This document shows, in pieces, positions 1 through 13,097 of a stretch of 64,000 nt of DNA. This DNA is from Malacoraja senta (Eukaryota): contig CM075995.1 in assembly GCA_038087875.1 (NCBI GenBank), positions 8,744,001 to 8,808,000 of the forward strand, in the 5' to 3' direction. Position 1 is the stretch's first letter. The number at the start of each line of letters is the position of its first letter. The notes below the pieces were generated by a model. That model did not search any database and was not told where the DNA came from. It saw nothing but the letters and a program-made list of their open reading frames with translations. Made by a program: the position numbers and the translations under genes.

Positions 1-258
1 GACGCATAATAAATCCGTATAAGCAACGTTCGTGCGTCACCACGCGCTACACGTACGCCGTCAGTACGACAGTGTGCGCAAGGGATACGTCACGCAGGTG
101 GCACGCCAGGATTTTCAGCTGCAAAATCCTGGGGCGCCGTGCGTTACCGCGCGTCACCACATATGCCACCACGCCTCACCATGTGTCACGGCGCGCCAAC
201 CAATTTTTAAGATGTCGCGTAAATGACGCGCAAATGATGCCCAAGTGGGACAGGCCCT
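1..258. mobile_element. Right end of a PIF/Harbinger-like MITE
   Basis: Ends GTGGGACAGGCCCT|TAA, the same TIR as the elements at 13098 and 16977. Confidence 0.55.
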
Positions 259-500
259 TAACTCAGCGGGTGGGTCAGGCAGCATCTGTGGAGAACATGG
301 ATAGGTGACGTTTCACAGAGTGCTGGAGTAACTCAGCGGGTCAGGCAGCATCTGTGGAGAACATGGATAGGTGACGTTTCACAGAGTGCTGGAGTAACTC
401 AGCGGGTCAGGCAGCATCTGTGGAGAACATGGATAGGTGACGTTTCACAGAGTGCTGGAGTAACTCAGCGGGTCGGGCAGCATCTGTGGAGAACATGGAT
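259..500 (+). repeat. 66-bp minisatellite (Penelope-end derived), ~3.5 units
   Basis: Unit CACAGAGTGCTGGAGTAACTCAGCGGGTCAGGCAGCATCTGTGGAGAACATGGATAGGTGACGTTT. Confidence 0.95.
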
Positions 501-1383
501 TAGGGTCGTGACCCTTCTTCAGACTCTAAGATGCTGCCTGACCCACTGCATTGCCACACACCCGGCTGTGAACGCCAAGTCAACGGATATTTTTAAGGCG
601 GAGATTGATAGATTATTAATTAGTACGAGTGTCAGGGGTTATGGGGAGAAGGCAGGAGAATGCGGGTTAGGAGGGGGAGATAGATAGAAACATAGAAAAT
701 AGGTGCAGGGGAGCCCATTTGGCCCTTCGAGCCAGCACCGTCATTCATTGTGATCATTGATCACCCACAATCAGCTCCAATTACTTATGAACTGATGGGA
801 GAGGGGAGAAGAGGGAGTGCGACTTTGTCCTTGATTATGGTAATGGCCTTGCAGAGACAGCGTATAAAACTATCACGGCGTGGTTCGACAAGTTGAACGC
901 CCAGGAGCGAAGATGACTGCAAAGAGTGGTGGACACTGCCCGGTCCATCACCAGCTCTGACTTCCCCACCGCCGAAGGGATCTACAGGAGTCGCTGCCTC
1001 AAAAAGGCAGCCAGCATCATCAGAGACCCACACCACCCTGGCCACACTCTCACTCACCCCTGCCATTGGGACGAAGGTACAGGAGCCTGAAAACTGTAAC
1101 GTTCAGGAATAGCTACTTCCCCACAGCCATCAGGCTATTAAACATGACAACCTCCAAATAGGCTCCAAATTACACTTAGGCCCACATTTGTTTTGTCTTT
1201 GCATTACTATTGTCTACATACATATAATCGGAACTTCATTTTGTTTGTTATGGGTTTTACCGAGTACTATATTTACATAACGTGTTTTTACATATTTACA
1301 TATCAGGCAACTGAATCATCCTACCACAACCAGAGAGCAGTGCTGAACTACTATCTACCTCTCGGTGACCCTCAGACTATCCT

Positions 1384-1861
1384 TGTTTAAGAAGGAACTG
1401 CAGATGCTGGAAAATCGAAGGTAGACAAAAATGCTGGAGAAACTCAGCGGGTGCAGCAGCATCTATGGAGCGAAGGAAATAGGTGACGTTTCGGGTCGAG
1501 ATCCTTCTTCAGACTGATGTGGGGGTGGGGGGGTGGGGGGGCGGTCTGTCCTGAGCCTCCTCCATGGCCAGAGTGAGTCCCACCGTAAATTGGAGGAGCA
1601 GCACCTCATATTTCGCTTGGGTAGTTTACACCCCAGCGGTACGAACATTGTCCTCCAATTTCAGGTAGTCCCTGCTTTCTCCCTCCTTCCCCTCCCCTTC
1701 CCAGCTCTCCCACAGCCCACTGTCTCTGCCTCTTCCTTTCTTCTTCCCGCCCCCCCCCCCCCATCAGTCTGAAGAAGGGTCTCGACCCGAAACGTCGCCT
1801 ATTTCCTTCGCTCCATAGATGCTGCCTCGCCCGCTGAGTTTCTCCAGCATTTTTGTCTACC
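1384..1861 (+). mobile_element. Penelope-like retroelement 3' fragment preceded by an inverted terminal copy
   Basis: 1545-1650 encodes LLHGQSESHRKLEEQHLIFRLGSLHPSGTN, resembling the C-terminus of the PLE GIY-YIG endonuclease. About 1421-1530 is the reverse complement of 1750-1861. Confidence 0.75.
1769..1796 (+). ncRNA. Minimal hammerhead ribozyme-like core (representative of at least 14 copies)
   Basis: CTGAAGA-A-GGGTC-TC-GACCC-GAAAC-GTC: CUGAnGA box, stem II, GAAA box, palindromic ACGT stem III and GUC cleavage triplet. Stem I is weak. Confidence 0.6.
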
Positions 1862-3192
1862 ACAGCCTATCCATGATCGGACTTTGCTGGCTTTACCTTG
1901 CACTAAACGTTATTCCCTTATCATGTATCTACACACTCGATACGGACGGCTCGATTGTAATCGTGTATTGTCTTTCTGCTGACTGGTTAGCACGCAACAA
2001 AAGCTTTTCACTGCAGCTCGGTACAGGTGACTATAAACTGACACCTGTTGTGCTGTTGCAAGGAAGAATTTCACTGTTCCGTTCCGGGACATACGACAAT
2101 TAAAACACTCTTGACACTTATAACGAGGTTGTTCTTTTAAAATCTGAACAGAGTATTCTCCGAGCCTGAAAACGTTACCAGCAGTGATGAGGTCATAAGT
2201 GATAGGAGCAGAATTAGGCCATTCGGCCCAGAGAGTGGTGAGTCTGTGGAATTCTCTGCCTCAGAGGGCGGTGGAGGCCGGTTCTCTGGATGCTTTCGAG
2301 AGAGAGCTAGATAGGGCTCTTAAAGATAGCGGAGTCAGGGGGATATGGGGAGAAGGCAAGAACGGGGTACTGATTGGGGATGATCGGCCATGATCATATT
2401 GAATGGTAGTGCTGGCTCGAAGGGCCGAATGGCCTACTCTTGCACCTATTGTCTATTGTATATCAAGTCTAGTCCACCATTCATGGCGGAGTAACCTTGA
2501 TGGGCAGAACGGCCTAATTCTGCTCCTATCATTTATGAACTTATACTAAGGTTTGGTCTCTCTGGGCCTGTCACAAGTTCTCAAGTTACAGGAGTAGGTA
2601 GTTGAGGCAGGTACTCTCGCAATGTTTAAAAAACATTTGGACAAGTACATGGATAGGAAAAGTTTAGAGGAATATGGACCAAGCGCAGGCAGGTGGGACT
2701 AGTGTAGATAGGACATCGTAAGATCATAAGCAATAGAAGCAGAATTAGGCCATTCGGCCCATCAAGTCTACTCCGCCATTCAATCATGGCTGATCTATCT
2801 CTCCCTCCTAACCCCATTCTCCTCCCTTCTCCCCGTAACCCCCGACACCCGCACTAATCAAGAATCCATCCATCTCTGCCTTAAAAATATCCATTGACTT
2901 GAGGCCTCCACCGCCGTCTGTGGCAACGAATTCCACAGATTCACCGCCCTCTGACTAAAGAAATTCCTCCCGAGTTACTCCCGGAGAAAAGTCCGTGGAT
3001 ATTTTGGATCTTCTTGTTGTTAGATCGTTAAACTTGTCATCGACAGCTGTAGAAAATGACAGTGGCTGAGAGAAAGTTGGCTCGAGTATTTACACAAATA
3101 GAATGGCGGTGAGGTCAGTGACGGCGCCCAGCCCTGGCGACCATTCTGCCAGCTCGCCACCGAAGCAGACCTACAAACACACATAGACGGGT

Positions 3193-4040
3193 AGAAGTTG
3201 GGAGGGTCATGTTGCAGTTGTACCAGACATTAGTGAGGCCGCATTTAGAGTGTTGTGTTGAGAGATAAGCGCCATGTTATAGGAAACTTGTTGTCGAGCT
3301 GGAAAGGGTACAGAGAAGATTTACAAGGATGTTGCCAGGACTAGAGGGTGTGAGCTACAGGGAGAGGTTGAGCAGGCTGAAACTCTCTTTAAGAATAAGG
3401 GGTAAGCCATTTAGAACGGAGATGAGGAAACACTTTTTCTCACAGAGAGTGGTGAGTCTGTGGAATTCTCTGCCTCAGAGGGCGGTGGAGGCGGGTTCTC
3501 TGGATGCTTTCAAGAGAGAGCTAGATAGAGCTCTTAAAAATAGCAGAGTCAGGGGATATGGGGAGAAGGCAGGAACGGGGTACTGATTGGGGATGATCAG
3601 CCGTGATCACATTGAATGGCGGTGCTGGCTCGAAGGGCCGAATGGCCTACTCCTGCAGCTATTGTCTATTGTCTATTGTCTATTCCCTGGAGCGCAAGAG
3701 GATGAGGGGTGATCTTATAGAGGTGTATAAAATCATGAGAGGAATAGATCGGGTAGATGCACAGAGTCTCTTGCCTAGAGTAGGGGGAATCGAGGACCAG
3801 AGGACATGGGTTCAAGGTGAAGAGGAAAAGATTTAATAGGAATCTGAGGGGTGACTTTTACAACGGGTGGTGGGTGTATGGAACAAACTGTCGGAGGAGG
3901 TAGTTGAGGCTGGGACTATCCCAACGTTAAGAAACAGTTGGACAGGTACATGATGGATAGGACAGGTTTGGAGGGATATGGACCAAGCGCAGGCAAGTAG
4001 GACTATTGTAGCTGGGACATTGTTAGACAGTGTAGGCAAG
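3193..4040 (+). mobile_element. CR1 LINE 3' fragment with a second CR1 subfamily nested inside
   Basis: MLPGLEGVSYRERLSRL is interrupted at ~3380-3680 by a copy ending in (ATTGTCT)n, then resumes YSLERKRMRGDLIEVYKIM. Confidence 0.85.
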
Positions 4041-4847
4041 TTAGAGGAAAGGTGGATACAAATTGCTGGAGTAACTCAGCGGGACCGGCAGCCCTTTCAC
4101 GGGAAAGGTTTGGACATGATAGAGGCAGGAAACATGTTCCCGATGTTGGGGGAGTCCAGAACCAGGGGCCACAGTTTAAGAATAAGGAGTAAGCCATTAG
4201 AACGGAGACGAGGAAACACTTTTTCTCACGGAGAGCTGTGAGTCTGTGAATTCTCTGCCTCAGAGGGCGGTGGAGGCAGGTTTCTGGTGGAGGCAGGTTC
4301 TCTGGATGCTTTCAAGAGAGAGCTAGATAGGGCTCTTAAAAATAGCAGAGTCAGGGGATATGGGAGAAGGCAGGACGGGGTACTGATTGGGGATGATCAG
4401 CCAGGATCACATTGAATGGCGGTGCTGGCTCGAAGGGCCGAATGGCCTACTCTGCACCTATTGTCTATTGTCCTGAACTACTATCTACCTCATTGGTGAC
4501 CCTTGGACTATCCTTTGACCCAGACTTTACTGGCTTTACCTTGCACTAAACGTTATTCCCTTATCCTGTATCTGTACACTGTAAACGGCTCGATTGTAAT
4601 CAGGTATTGACTTTCTGCTGACTGGTTAGCACGCAACAAAAGCTTTCACTGTACCTCGGTACACGTGACAATAAACTAAACTGAGCTGAAGAAGGGTCTC
4701 GACCCGAATGTCACCTATTCCTTTTCTCCAGAGATGCTGCCTGACCCGCTGAGTTACTCCAGCATTTAGTGTCATTCTTTGGTTTAAACCAGCATCCTTC
4801 TGGCCACATCCCTGCTTCAAATGCCTCCTCTGGCAGCTCCTTTCTAC

Positions 4848-5232
4848 CAAAGATCCTCTAGCGGAGCAAGATAGACCACTCCTGCTAAATGCAATGGGCT
4901 GGAGTGGGCCTTTTTTCATCCATTTCCGTAACCCGACCCGACCCGACTCGCAGTGTAATCAACATTGCGGGGGAACAGTTTGTGTTAATAAATTAAAATT
5001 CTGAAAATGAGGAGAAGATTTTTTCCCAAATAACTTTTATTTTTACGAGGATGTTTCCGTAACCGGCTTCCGTCTCCGCACTAGTTATCTTTGCTCCGCT
5101 GTGGCAGGATCTTTGGTGCGGAGACGGAAGCCGGTTACGGAAATGGGGCCCGAAAATGACCCATGAATCTGCCCGTGAACGTACTACGTCCTTTTCGTCG
5201 AGTGGTCTATCTTGCTCACTGTAGGATCTTTG
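4848..5232. mobile_element. Non-autonomous TIR DNA transposon (P- or hAT-type), 385 bp
   Basis: ~34-bp TIRs CAAAGATCCT..GAGCAAGATAGACCACTC; perfect 8-bp TSD CTTTCTAC (4840-4847 and 5233-5240). Confidence 0.85.
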
Positions 5233-6555
5233 CTTTCTACATCCTATAACAAGAGACTGTTTTAATATTCAATTTCCATCCCGACAAGTGGGCCAAGGTA
5301 AATAATTCAACATCCATGCCGCTCTGAGAGGAGATGAATATGCAAAGGTGGCTTTGATTAATTGAACGGGGTTGGCAAGTGACAAACAACAGCAGATGGC
5401 CGGCTGACTTGTGTGTGGATCATCGGCAGATGTGAGCAATCACACTCTTTCATCCGCCCCTCTCCTGGGACCATGGGTCTGCTGGGCCCTATTCTCACAC
5501 TTAACCAGCCCCCCCCCCCCTCCCGAACCAAAACTATGGGAACGCAGGGTATAGAGCGCATGTTTCAACTAGTGGGAGAGTCTAGGACCAGAGGTCACAG
5601 CCTTGGAATTAAAGGACGTTCCTTTAGGAAGATGAGAAAGGAATTTCTTTCGTCAGAGGGTGGTGAATCTGTGGAATTCATTGCTGCAGACGGCTGTGGA
5701 GGCCACAAGTCAATGGCAGAGATAGATAGATTCTTGATTAGTACGGGTGTCAGGGGTTATGGGGAGATGGCAGGAGGATGGGGTTAGGAGGGAGAGGTAG
5801 ATCAGCCACGATTGAATGGCGGAGTAGACTTAATAGACAATAGGTGCAAGAGTAGGCCATTCGGCCCTTTGAGCCAGCACCGCCATTCAATGTGATCATG
5901 GCTGATCATCCCCAATCAGTACCCCGTTCCTGCCTTCTCCCCATATCCCCTTGACTCCCTATCTAGCTCTCTCTTTATAAGTAACCAGAGAACCGGCCTG
6001 CTCAACCTCAATCTTGCTCAACCTAAAGCCTGGTCATGATTAGTACGGGTGTCAGGGTTTATGGGGAGAAGGCAGCAGAATGGGGTTAGGAGGGAGCTAT
6101 AGATCAGCCATGATAGAATGGGGGAGTAGACTTGATGGGCCGAATGGCCTAATTCTGCTCCTATCACTATATAGTATATCACTGGATAGAGCAGAAACAA
6201 GACGCTTTTCACTGTACCTCCGTACACGTGACAATAATAAAGTCAATTACGGGGTTCCAGAGAAAACAATTTAAATCTGTCCCTGTAGCTAATGCCCCTC
6301 AATCCAGGCAACATTCTGATCAACCTCCTCGCAACCTTTACAAGCCTCCACATCCTTCCTGCAATGGGGCGACCAGAACGGCACGCAATGCTCCAAATGC
6401 CTCAGCCAGTCGGCAACAAGCTCAGGACACCAAGTACTTTGTGGGTACAATGCCTAGCCGTGCAGCCCATAGCTTGTGGCAGCCAACGCCAAGGCTCTGT
6501 GGGGGAGGACCACACAGTCCAGGGTTCATCCGCTGCTGGACATTGCGAATAGACG

Positions 6556-6770
6556 CAGAGTGCTGGAGTAACTCAGCGGGTCAGGCAGCATCTGTGGAGA
6601 ACATGGATAGGTGACGTTTCACAGAGTGCTGGAGTAACTCAGCGGGTCAGGCAGCATCTGTGGAGAACATGGATAGGTGACGTCTCACAGAGTGCTGGAG
6701 TAACTCAGCGGGTCAGGCAGCATCTGTGGAGAACATGGATAGGTGACGTTTCACAGAGTGCTGGAGTAAC
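6556..6770 (+). repeat. 66-bp minisatellite array
   Basis: Same unit as 259-500, ~3.3 copies. Confidence 0.95.
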
Positions 6771-7696
6771 TCTGTGGAATTCTCTGCCTCAGAGGGCGGT
6801 GGAGGCAGGTTCTCTGGATGCTTTCAAGAGAGAGCTAGATAGGGCTCTTAAAGATAGCGGAGTCAGGGGATATGGGGAGAAGGCAGGAACGGGGTACTGA
6901 TTGGGGATGATCAGCCGTCATCACATTGAATGGCTCGAAGGGCCGAGTGGCCTACTCCTGCACCCATTGTCTATTGTCCAACTCAGCGGGTCAGGCAGCA
7001 TCTCCGGAGAGACGGAATGGGTGACGTTTGGGGTCGGGACACCCGATTTAACATGTTCACAGTGTGTTTGGGCGAATCAAAATTATTTGCAGCTCGATTA
7101 TCTTCTCAGACTGAATTTGAATGCAAGTGCTCGAGGTAAATGTTTGCACAGAGTGTAACAAACATGGCATTTGTATTACTTTAGACCAAAGTCCACAGCT
7201 AAAAGCGAACCTCCCTTTTGTCTAACAACAAACAGTATGAACGGGAGGAATGGAAACGCTGGCTGGTTTTGAAATCTCTTTGCTCTTTCTCCATTTTAGT
7301 TTAGTTATAGTTCAGAGATACAGCGCGGAAACAGGCCCTTCGGCCCACCCAGCCCGCACCGACCGGCGATCCCCACACACCAACACTATCCTACACACAC
7401 TAGGGACAATTTGCCTTCATACCAAACCGATTAACCTGCAAACCCGCGTGGGGAAAAAACCCAAAGATCTCGGAGAAACCCCACGGGGAGAAGGTGCAAA
7501 CTCCGTACAGACAGCACCCGTGGTCAGGATCAAAGACGAGCACTGTGACGCAGTAAGTCGCCCAAATTATTTAAGATTGCCTTCCCGTCCAAATTCTAAA
7601 CTTTATATCTCAGTCCCTTAATACCTGGACAACTTTCTTAAAGCTGACTGGTTAGCACGCAACAAAAGCTTTTCACTGTACCTCGGTACACGTGAC

Positions 7697-8115
7697 TCAC
7701 TGGAGTTTAGAAGGATGAGGGGAGGGGAACTTATAGAAACATATAAAATTATAAAAGGACTGGACAAGCTAGATGCAGGAAAAATGTTCCCAATGTTGGG
7801 CGAGTCCAGAACCAGGGGCCACACAGTCTTAGAATAAAGGGGAGGTCATTTAAGACTGAGGTGAGAAAAAACGTTTTCACCCAGAGAGTTGTGAATTTGT
7901 GGAATTCCCTGCCACAGAGGGCAGTGGAGGCCAAGTCACTGGATGGATTTAAGAGAGAGTTAGATAGAGCTCTAGGGGCTAGTGGAGTCAAGGGATATGG
8001 GGAGAAGGCAGGCACGGGTTATTGATTGGGGACGATCAGCCATGATCGCAATGAATGGCGGTGCTGGCTCGAAGGGCCGAATGGCCTCATCCTGCACCTA
8101 TTTTTAATGTTTCTA
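7697..8115 (+). mobile_element. CR1 LINE 3' fragment
   Basis: LEFRRMRG..LIETYKIIKGLDKLDAGKMFPMLGESRTRGH...WNSLPQ plus 3' UTR. Confidence 0.85.
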
Positions 8116-8175
8116 ATAAACTAAACTGAACTGAAACTAAGCAAAATAATTCAAACCAGTAATTGACAATATTGC

Positions 8176-9135
8176 CTAAGAAGGAACTGCAGAAGCTGGT
8201 TTACACCGGAGAGACACAAAATGCTGGAGTAACTCAACAGGACAGGCAGCATCTCTGGGGAGGAGGAATGGGTGACATTTTGGATCGAGACCCTTCTTCA
8301 GACTGAGAGTCAGGGGAGAGGGAGTCCACAGATATGGAAGGGTAAAATGTGAAAAGGACAGATCAAAGCAGATGTTGATGAGGAAATGTAGACTGGTTCC
8401 TTGTTGGCTGAGGGAAGGGGACAAGGATGCATACCACTAGTAAAATGAATCAGGGCAGTGAATCTGGTTGGAGAACTAGGGTGGGGGGAGGGATGGAGAG
8501 AGGGGGGAAAGCAAGAGTTGCTTGAAGTTAGGGAAATCAATACTCATACCGCTGGGGTGTAAGCTGCCCAAGCGAAATATGAGATGTTGTTCCTCCAATT
8601 TGCCCTTGAGGTTCACTCTGACAGTGGAGGGGGCCCAGGACAGAAAGGTCAGTGTGGGAATGGGAGGGGGGGGTTAAAGTGTTTGGCAATCAGGAGATCA
8701 TGTAAGTCTAGGCGGACTGAGCGGAGGTGTCCAGCAAAACGGAGTTGAGGGGGGAGGTAAAGGGACAGGTGTTAGACAATAGACAATAGGTGCAGGAGTA
8801 GGGCATTCAGCCCTTCGAGCCAGCACCGCCATTCAATGTGATCATGGCTGATCATCCCCAATCAGTACCCCGTTCCTGCTTTTTCTCCATATCCCTTGAT
8901 TCCGTTAGCCCAAAAGCCCGTTCCTGCCTTCTCCCTATATCCCCCTGACTCCGCTATCTTTAAGAGCCCTATCTAGCTCTCTCTTGAAAGTATCCAGAGA
9001 ATCTGCCTCCACCGCCCTCTGAGGCAGAGAATTCCACAGCCATCTCCTGCGGTTGCAGGGGGGAAAGTACCTGGGGAGGGGGTGGTTTGGGTGGGAAGGG
9101 ACGAGTTAACCAGGGAGTTGCGGAGGGAGCGGTCG
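8176..9135 (-). mobile_element. Penelope-like element, degenerate GIY-YIG region plus 3' end, interrupted by CR1 (~8775-9040)
   Basis: Minus strand reads, with frameshifts, DRSLRNSLVNSSLPTQT..GTFPCNRRR and RFAGHLRSVR..AKHFN..LEEQHLIFRLGSLHPSGM. Ends with a hammerhead-like core at 8274-8301. Confidence 0.75.
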
Positions 9136-9588
9136 GACCCTGCGAGAGGCTGGGGTACGGAAGGCGAGGATTACTTGAAGTTAGTTACTTGAAGTTTCCT
9201 AAAACTAACATGGGGCATTTAACACAGGGAGAGCAGTTAGACTGACTAAGCGACTGAAAACACTGTCTGAATCATGATCTTATTAACACACAGGAGCGCG
9301 AGAGACTGATTAATGGCTTAGAGGCAGGAAACAAAAGCTTTGGCAGCTTGGCTGAAACTAGTTTCATTCCGGCCTCATTCACAGCAGCAACACCGATTGC
9401 AGAGGCTGCGTGTTTCAAAATACTGGCAAATGAAAAGCACGAGATTTCATCATCGATACAGAACCATTGTTAGAAACATTCATCCTTGGCAGACGTCTAA
9501 AACAAATTAACTTTTATCTTTCAACTAACAGGATCAATCAAAATTGAGTAGGTGGGAAATGTAGGTGTTGGTTTACACTGAAGATAGA

Positions 9589-9765
9589 CACAGAGTGCTG
9601 GAGTAACTCAGCGGGTCAGGCAGCATCTGTGGAGAACATGGATAGGTGACGTTTCACAGAGTGCTAGAGTAACTCAGCGGGTCAGGCAGCATCTGTGGAG
9701 AACATGGATAGGTGACGTTTCACAGAGTGCTAGAGTAACTCAGCGGGTCAGGCAGCATCTCTGGA
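9589..9765 (+). repeat. 66-bp minisatellite array
   Basis: Same unit, ~2.6 copies. Confidence 0.9.
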
Positions 9766-10329
9766 GATCGGTAACGTTTTGGATCGAGAGCCTTCTTCAA
9801 TTTAAATAAAAGGAGGGAGATGAGGAGGAATTTCTTCAGTCAGAGGGTGGTGAATCTGTGGGATTCATTGCCACAGAAGGCTGTGGAGGCCAAGTCAGTG
9901 GATATTTAAGGCAGAGATAGATTCTTGATCAGTACAGATGTCAGAGGTTACGGGGAGAAGGCAGGAGAATGGGGTTAGGAGGGAAAAATAGATCAGCCAT
10001 GATTGAATGGCGGAGTAGACTTGACGGGCCGAATGGTCTAATTTTGCTCCTATCACTGATGAACTTAATCCAGCATTTAGCGTCTATCTTCAATCACAAT
10101 TGATTTTATTGACAATTATTCTCCATTCATCTTGCAATAACTTTTCAGGGCAAGATGCTGCAATCAAATAAATGGCTCCAACCAATTCAGCTTCATGAGA
10201 TGCATCAGAATAATTTGTTTACAACACCCCGTTTTACCAACTACTTTTCAGTTAATGACGTTGTATGAAAAATAACTCTACTGCTCCGGAAACTGCTTGC
10301 AGCATGCAGCATGCAAGGGTCTCGAACCC

Positions 10330-10520
10330 AAAACGTCACCCATTCCTTCTCTCCAGAGATGCTGCCTGACCCACTGAGTTACTCCAGCACTCTGTGAAAC
10401 GTCACCTATCCATGTTCTCCACAGATGCTGCCTGACCCGCTGAGTTACTCCAGCACTCTGTGAAACGTCACCTATCCATGTTCTCCACAGATGCTGCCTG
10501 TCCCGCTGAGTTGCTCCAAC
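10330..10520 (-). repeat. 66-bp minisatellite array (reverse)
   Basis: GAAACGTCACCTATCCATGTTCTCCACAGATGCTGCCTGACCCGCTGAGTTACTCCAGCACTCTGT units. Confidence 0.9.
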
Positions 10521-12356
10521 TTTTTGTGTCTATAATATTCATTTCCACTTATTTTGCTATGACATTTCAGGGAAGGTACTCCAATGAAATAAATGCTAAG
10601 TCTTTTTTTTTTTTAAACCACTAAACAAAGCAATCAATTGACAAGTCTGAAGAAGGGTCTCGACCCGAAAAGTTGCCTATTTCCTTCGCTCCATAGATGC
10701 TGCCTCACCCGCCGAGTTTCTCCAGCATTTTTGTCAACAACCAATTGGCAATATTAATCGCTGAGATGTATATATTGATAAACTCACACACGCACAAATC
10801 TCTATCGCTCATCAGTATTTTTGGGACAATCCAAGATATCTGGACGCTGTTTCAAACAAATTTCAACATGGAATACACCTTTTAGAACGTAGAACAGTGT
10901 AGATGATATAGACACATAAAGCTGGAGTAACTCAGCGGGTCGCGAAGCATCTCTGGAGAAAAGTAATAGGTGATGTTTCGGGCCGAGAATTCTGAAGAAG
11001 GGCCTGGACCCGAAACGTCACCCATTCCTTTTCTCCAGAGATACTGCCTGAACCGTTGAGTTACTCCAGCTTTTTGTGTCTATCTTCGTTTTAAGCCAGC
11101 ATCTACAGATCCTTCTTACATAGAACAGTACACCACAGGAACAGGCCATTCGGCCCACAATGTCGGTGTGGAACATCATGCCACGACCAACTCTTCCCTG
11201 CCCGCACATAATCCACGTCCCTCCATTCCCTGCATATCCACGTGCCTATCCAAAAGTCTCTCAAATGGCAGTATCGTATCTGCCTCCACCACCACCACCC
11301 CTGGCAGGGCGTTCCAGGCACCCACCGCCTGCAGTCTGGAAGAAAACATGCCCTGGACATCTCTGCTCCCCCTCTGTGATTAACAATGCCTGTTTCCTTT
11401 ATCAGCGTCACTTTTCATTCCTATCACCGTCTATATCTCTCGTTTCCCTTAAACCCTAACTAGTCCGAGAAGGGTCTCGACCCAAAACGTCACCCATTCC
11501 TTCTCTCCACAGATGCTGCTGCCTGTCCCGCTGACTTACCCCAGCTTACCCCAGCATTTAGTGTCTGTCTTCCTTTAAACTTTACCCCTCTCATAGAAAC
11601 ATAGAAACATAGAAAATAGGTGCAGGAGTAGGCCATTCGGCCCTTCGAGCCTGCACCGCCATTCAATATGATCATGGCTGATCATCCAACTCAGTATCCC
11701 GTACCTGCCTTCTCCCCATACCCCCAGATCCCTTTAGCCCCTTTAGTCATCTTAAAGCCCTCTTGCATAAGATATCATATTGAACGGTGGTGCAGGATCG
11801 AAGGGCCGAATGGTCTACTCCTGCACCTATTTTCTATGTTTCATGTATTATATACAGTGGACGGCTTGATTGTAACCATGTAAGTTGCTCTGGTATTCTA
11901 TTTAATGCACATGTTTAATCAATAATGTTTTATTATTAATGTTTAATGTTTTATGTGTTATTCCCAACTTTCACTGCATGTCATGTTGTCGCTTGCGGGC
12001 GGAGCACCAAGGCAAATTCCTTGTATGTGAATACTTGGCCAATAAACCTATTCATTCATTCATTGACGTATTGTCTTTCTGCTGACTGGATAGCGCGTGC
12101 CAAAAGCTGGGGGAAAGGTTCTGACTGTCTACCCTATCTATGCCTCTCATCATTTTATACACTTCTATCAGATCTCCTCCGCCGTTCCAAAGAAAACATT
12201 CCAAATCGGGATTGTTTTTGTTTTTAAGTGTCAATCGCCTATAATAAAAGAGGACTTCCTTGAAACTAGATTGCTAGTAGATGCGATAACCGAAGTTGTA
12301 ACCATGTTTACTTTGTAAACTAAAGCAACCTATAAACCAAATAGAAATGTGTGGTT

Positions 12357-12872
12357 ATAGAAACATAGAAAAATAGGTGCAGGAGTAGGCCATTCGGCCC
12401 TTCGAGCCTGCACCGCCATTCAATATGATCATGGCTGATCATCCAACTCAGTATCCTGTACCTGCTTCTCTCCATACCCCCTGATCCCTTTAGCCACAAG
12501 GGCCACATCTAACTCCCTCTTAAATATAGCCAATGAACTGGCCTCAACTACCTTCTGTGGCAGAGAGTTCCACAGATTCACCACTCTCTGTGTGAAAATG
12601 TTTTCTCATCTCGGTCCTAAAAGACTTCCCCCTTATCCTTAAACTGTGTGACCCCTTGTCCTGGACTTCCCCCACATCGGGAACAATCTTCCTGCATCTA
12701 GCCTGTCCAACCCCTTAAGAATTTTTGTAAGTTTCTATAAGATCCCCCCTCAATCTTCTAAATTCTAGCGAGTACAAGCCGAGTCTATCCAGTCTTTCTT
12801 CGTATGAAAGTCCTGCCATCCCAGGAATCAGTCTGGTGAACCTTCTCTGTACTCCCTCTATGGCAAGAATGT
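12357..12872 (-). mobile_element. CR1 LINE 3' fragment, (ATGTTTCT)n-tail subfamily
   Basis: Reverse complement of the CR1 ORF2 C-terminus and 3' UTR; same subfamily as 28247-28658. Confidence 0.85.
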
Positions 12873-13097
12873 CATGTCATGGAATTATGATTCCAGCGGG
12901 GCAGGAACAGACAGAAAAGTTTAAATGTTTTGGAGTTTAGGGCGGCAGGGTGGCACAGCGCCAGAGACCCGTGCTGACAGCACCCGTGGTCAGGATCGAC
13001 CTGGCTCTCTGGCACGGTGAGGCAGCAGCTAGAGCTGCGACAACACAAGCAGTCGGGGAGAAGTAAAACCAGACCATGCGTGGCTGGGGAACAATAA

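Noticed and set aside
259..500. 66-bp arrays as CRISPR arrays
   Set aside because: Units are contiguous and identical with no unique spacers, there are no cas genes, and the context is eukaryotic.
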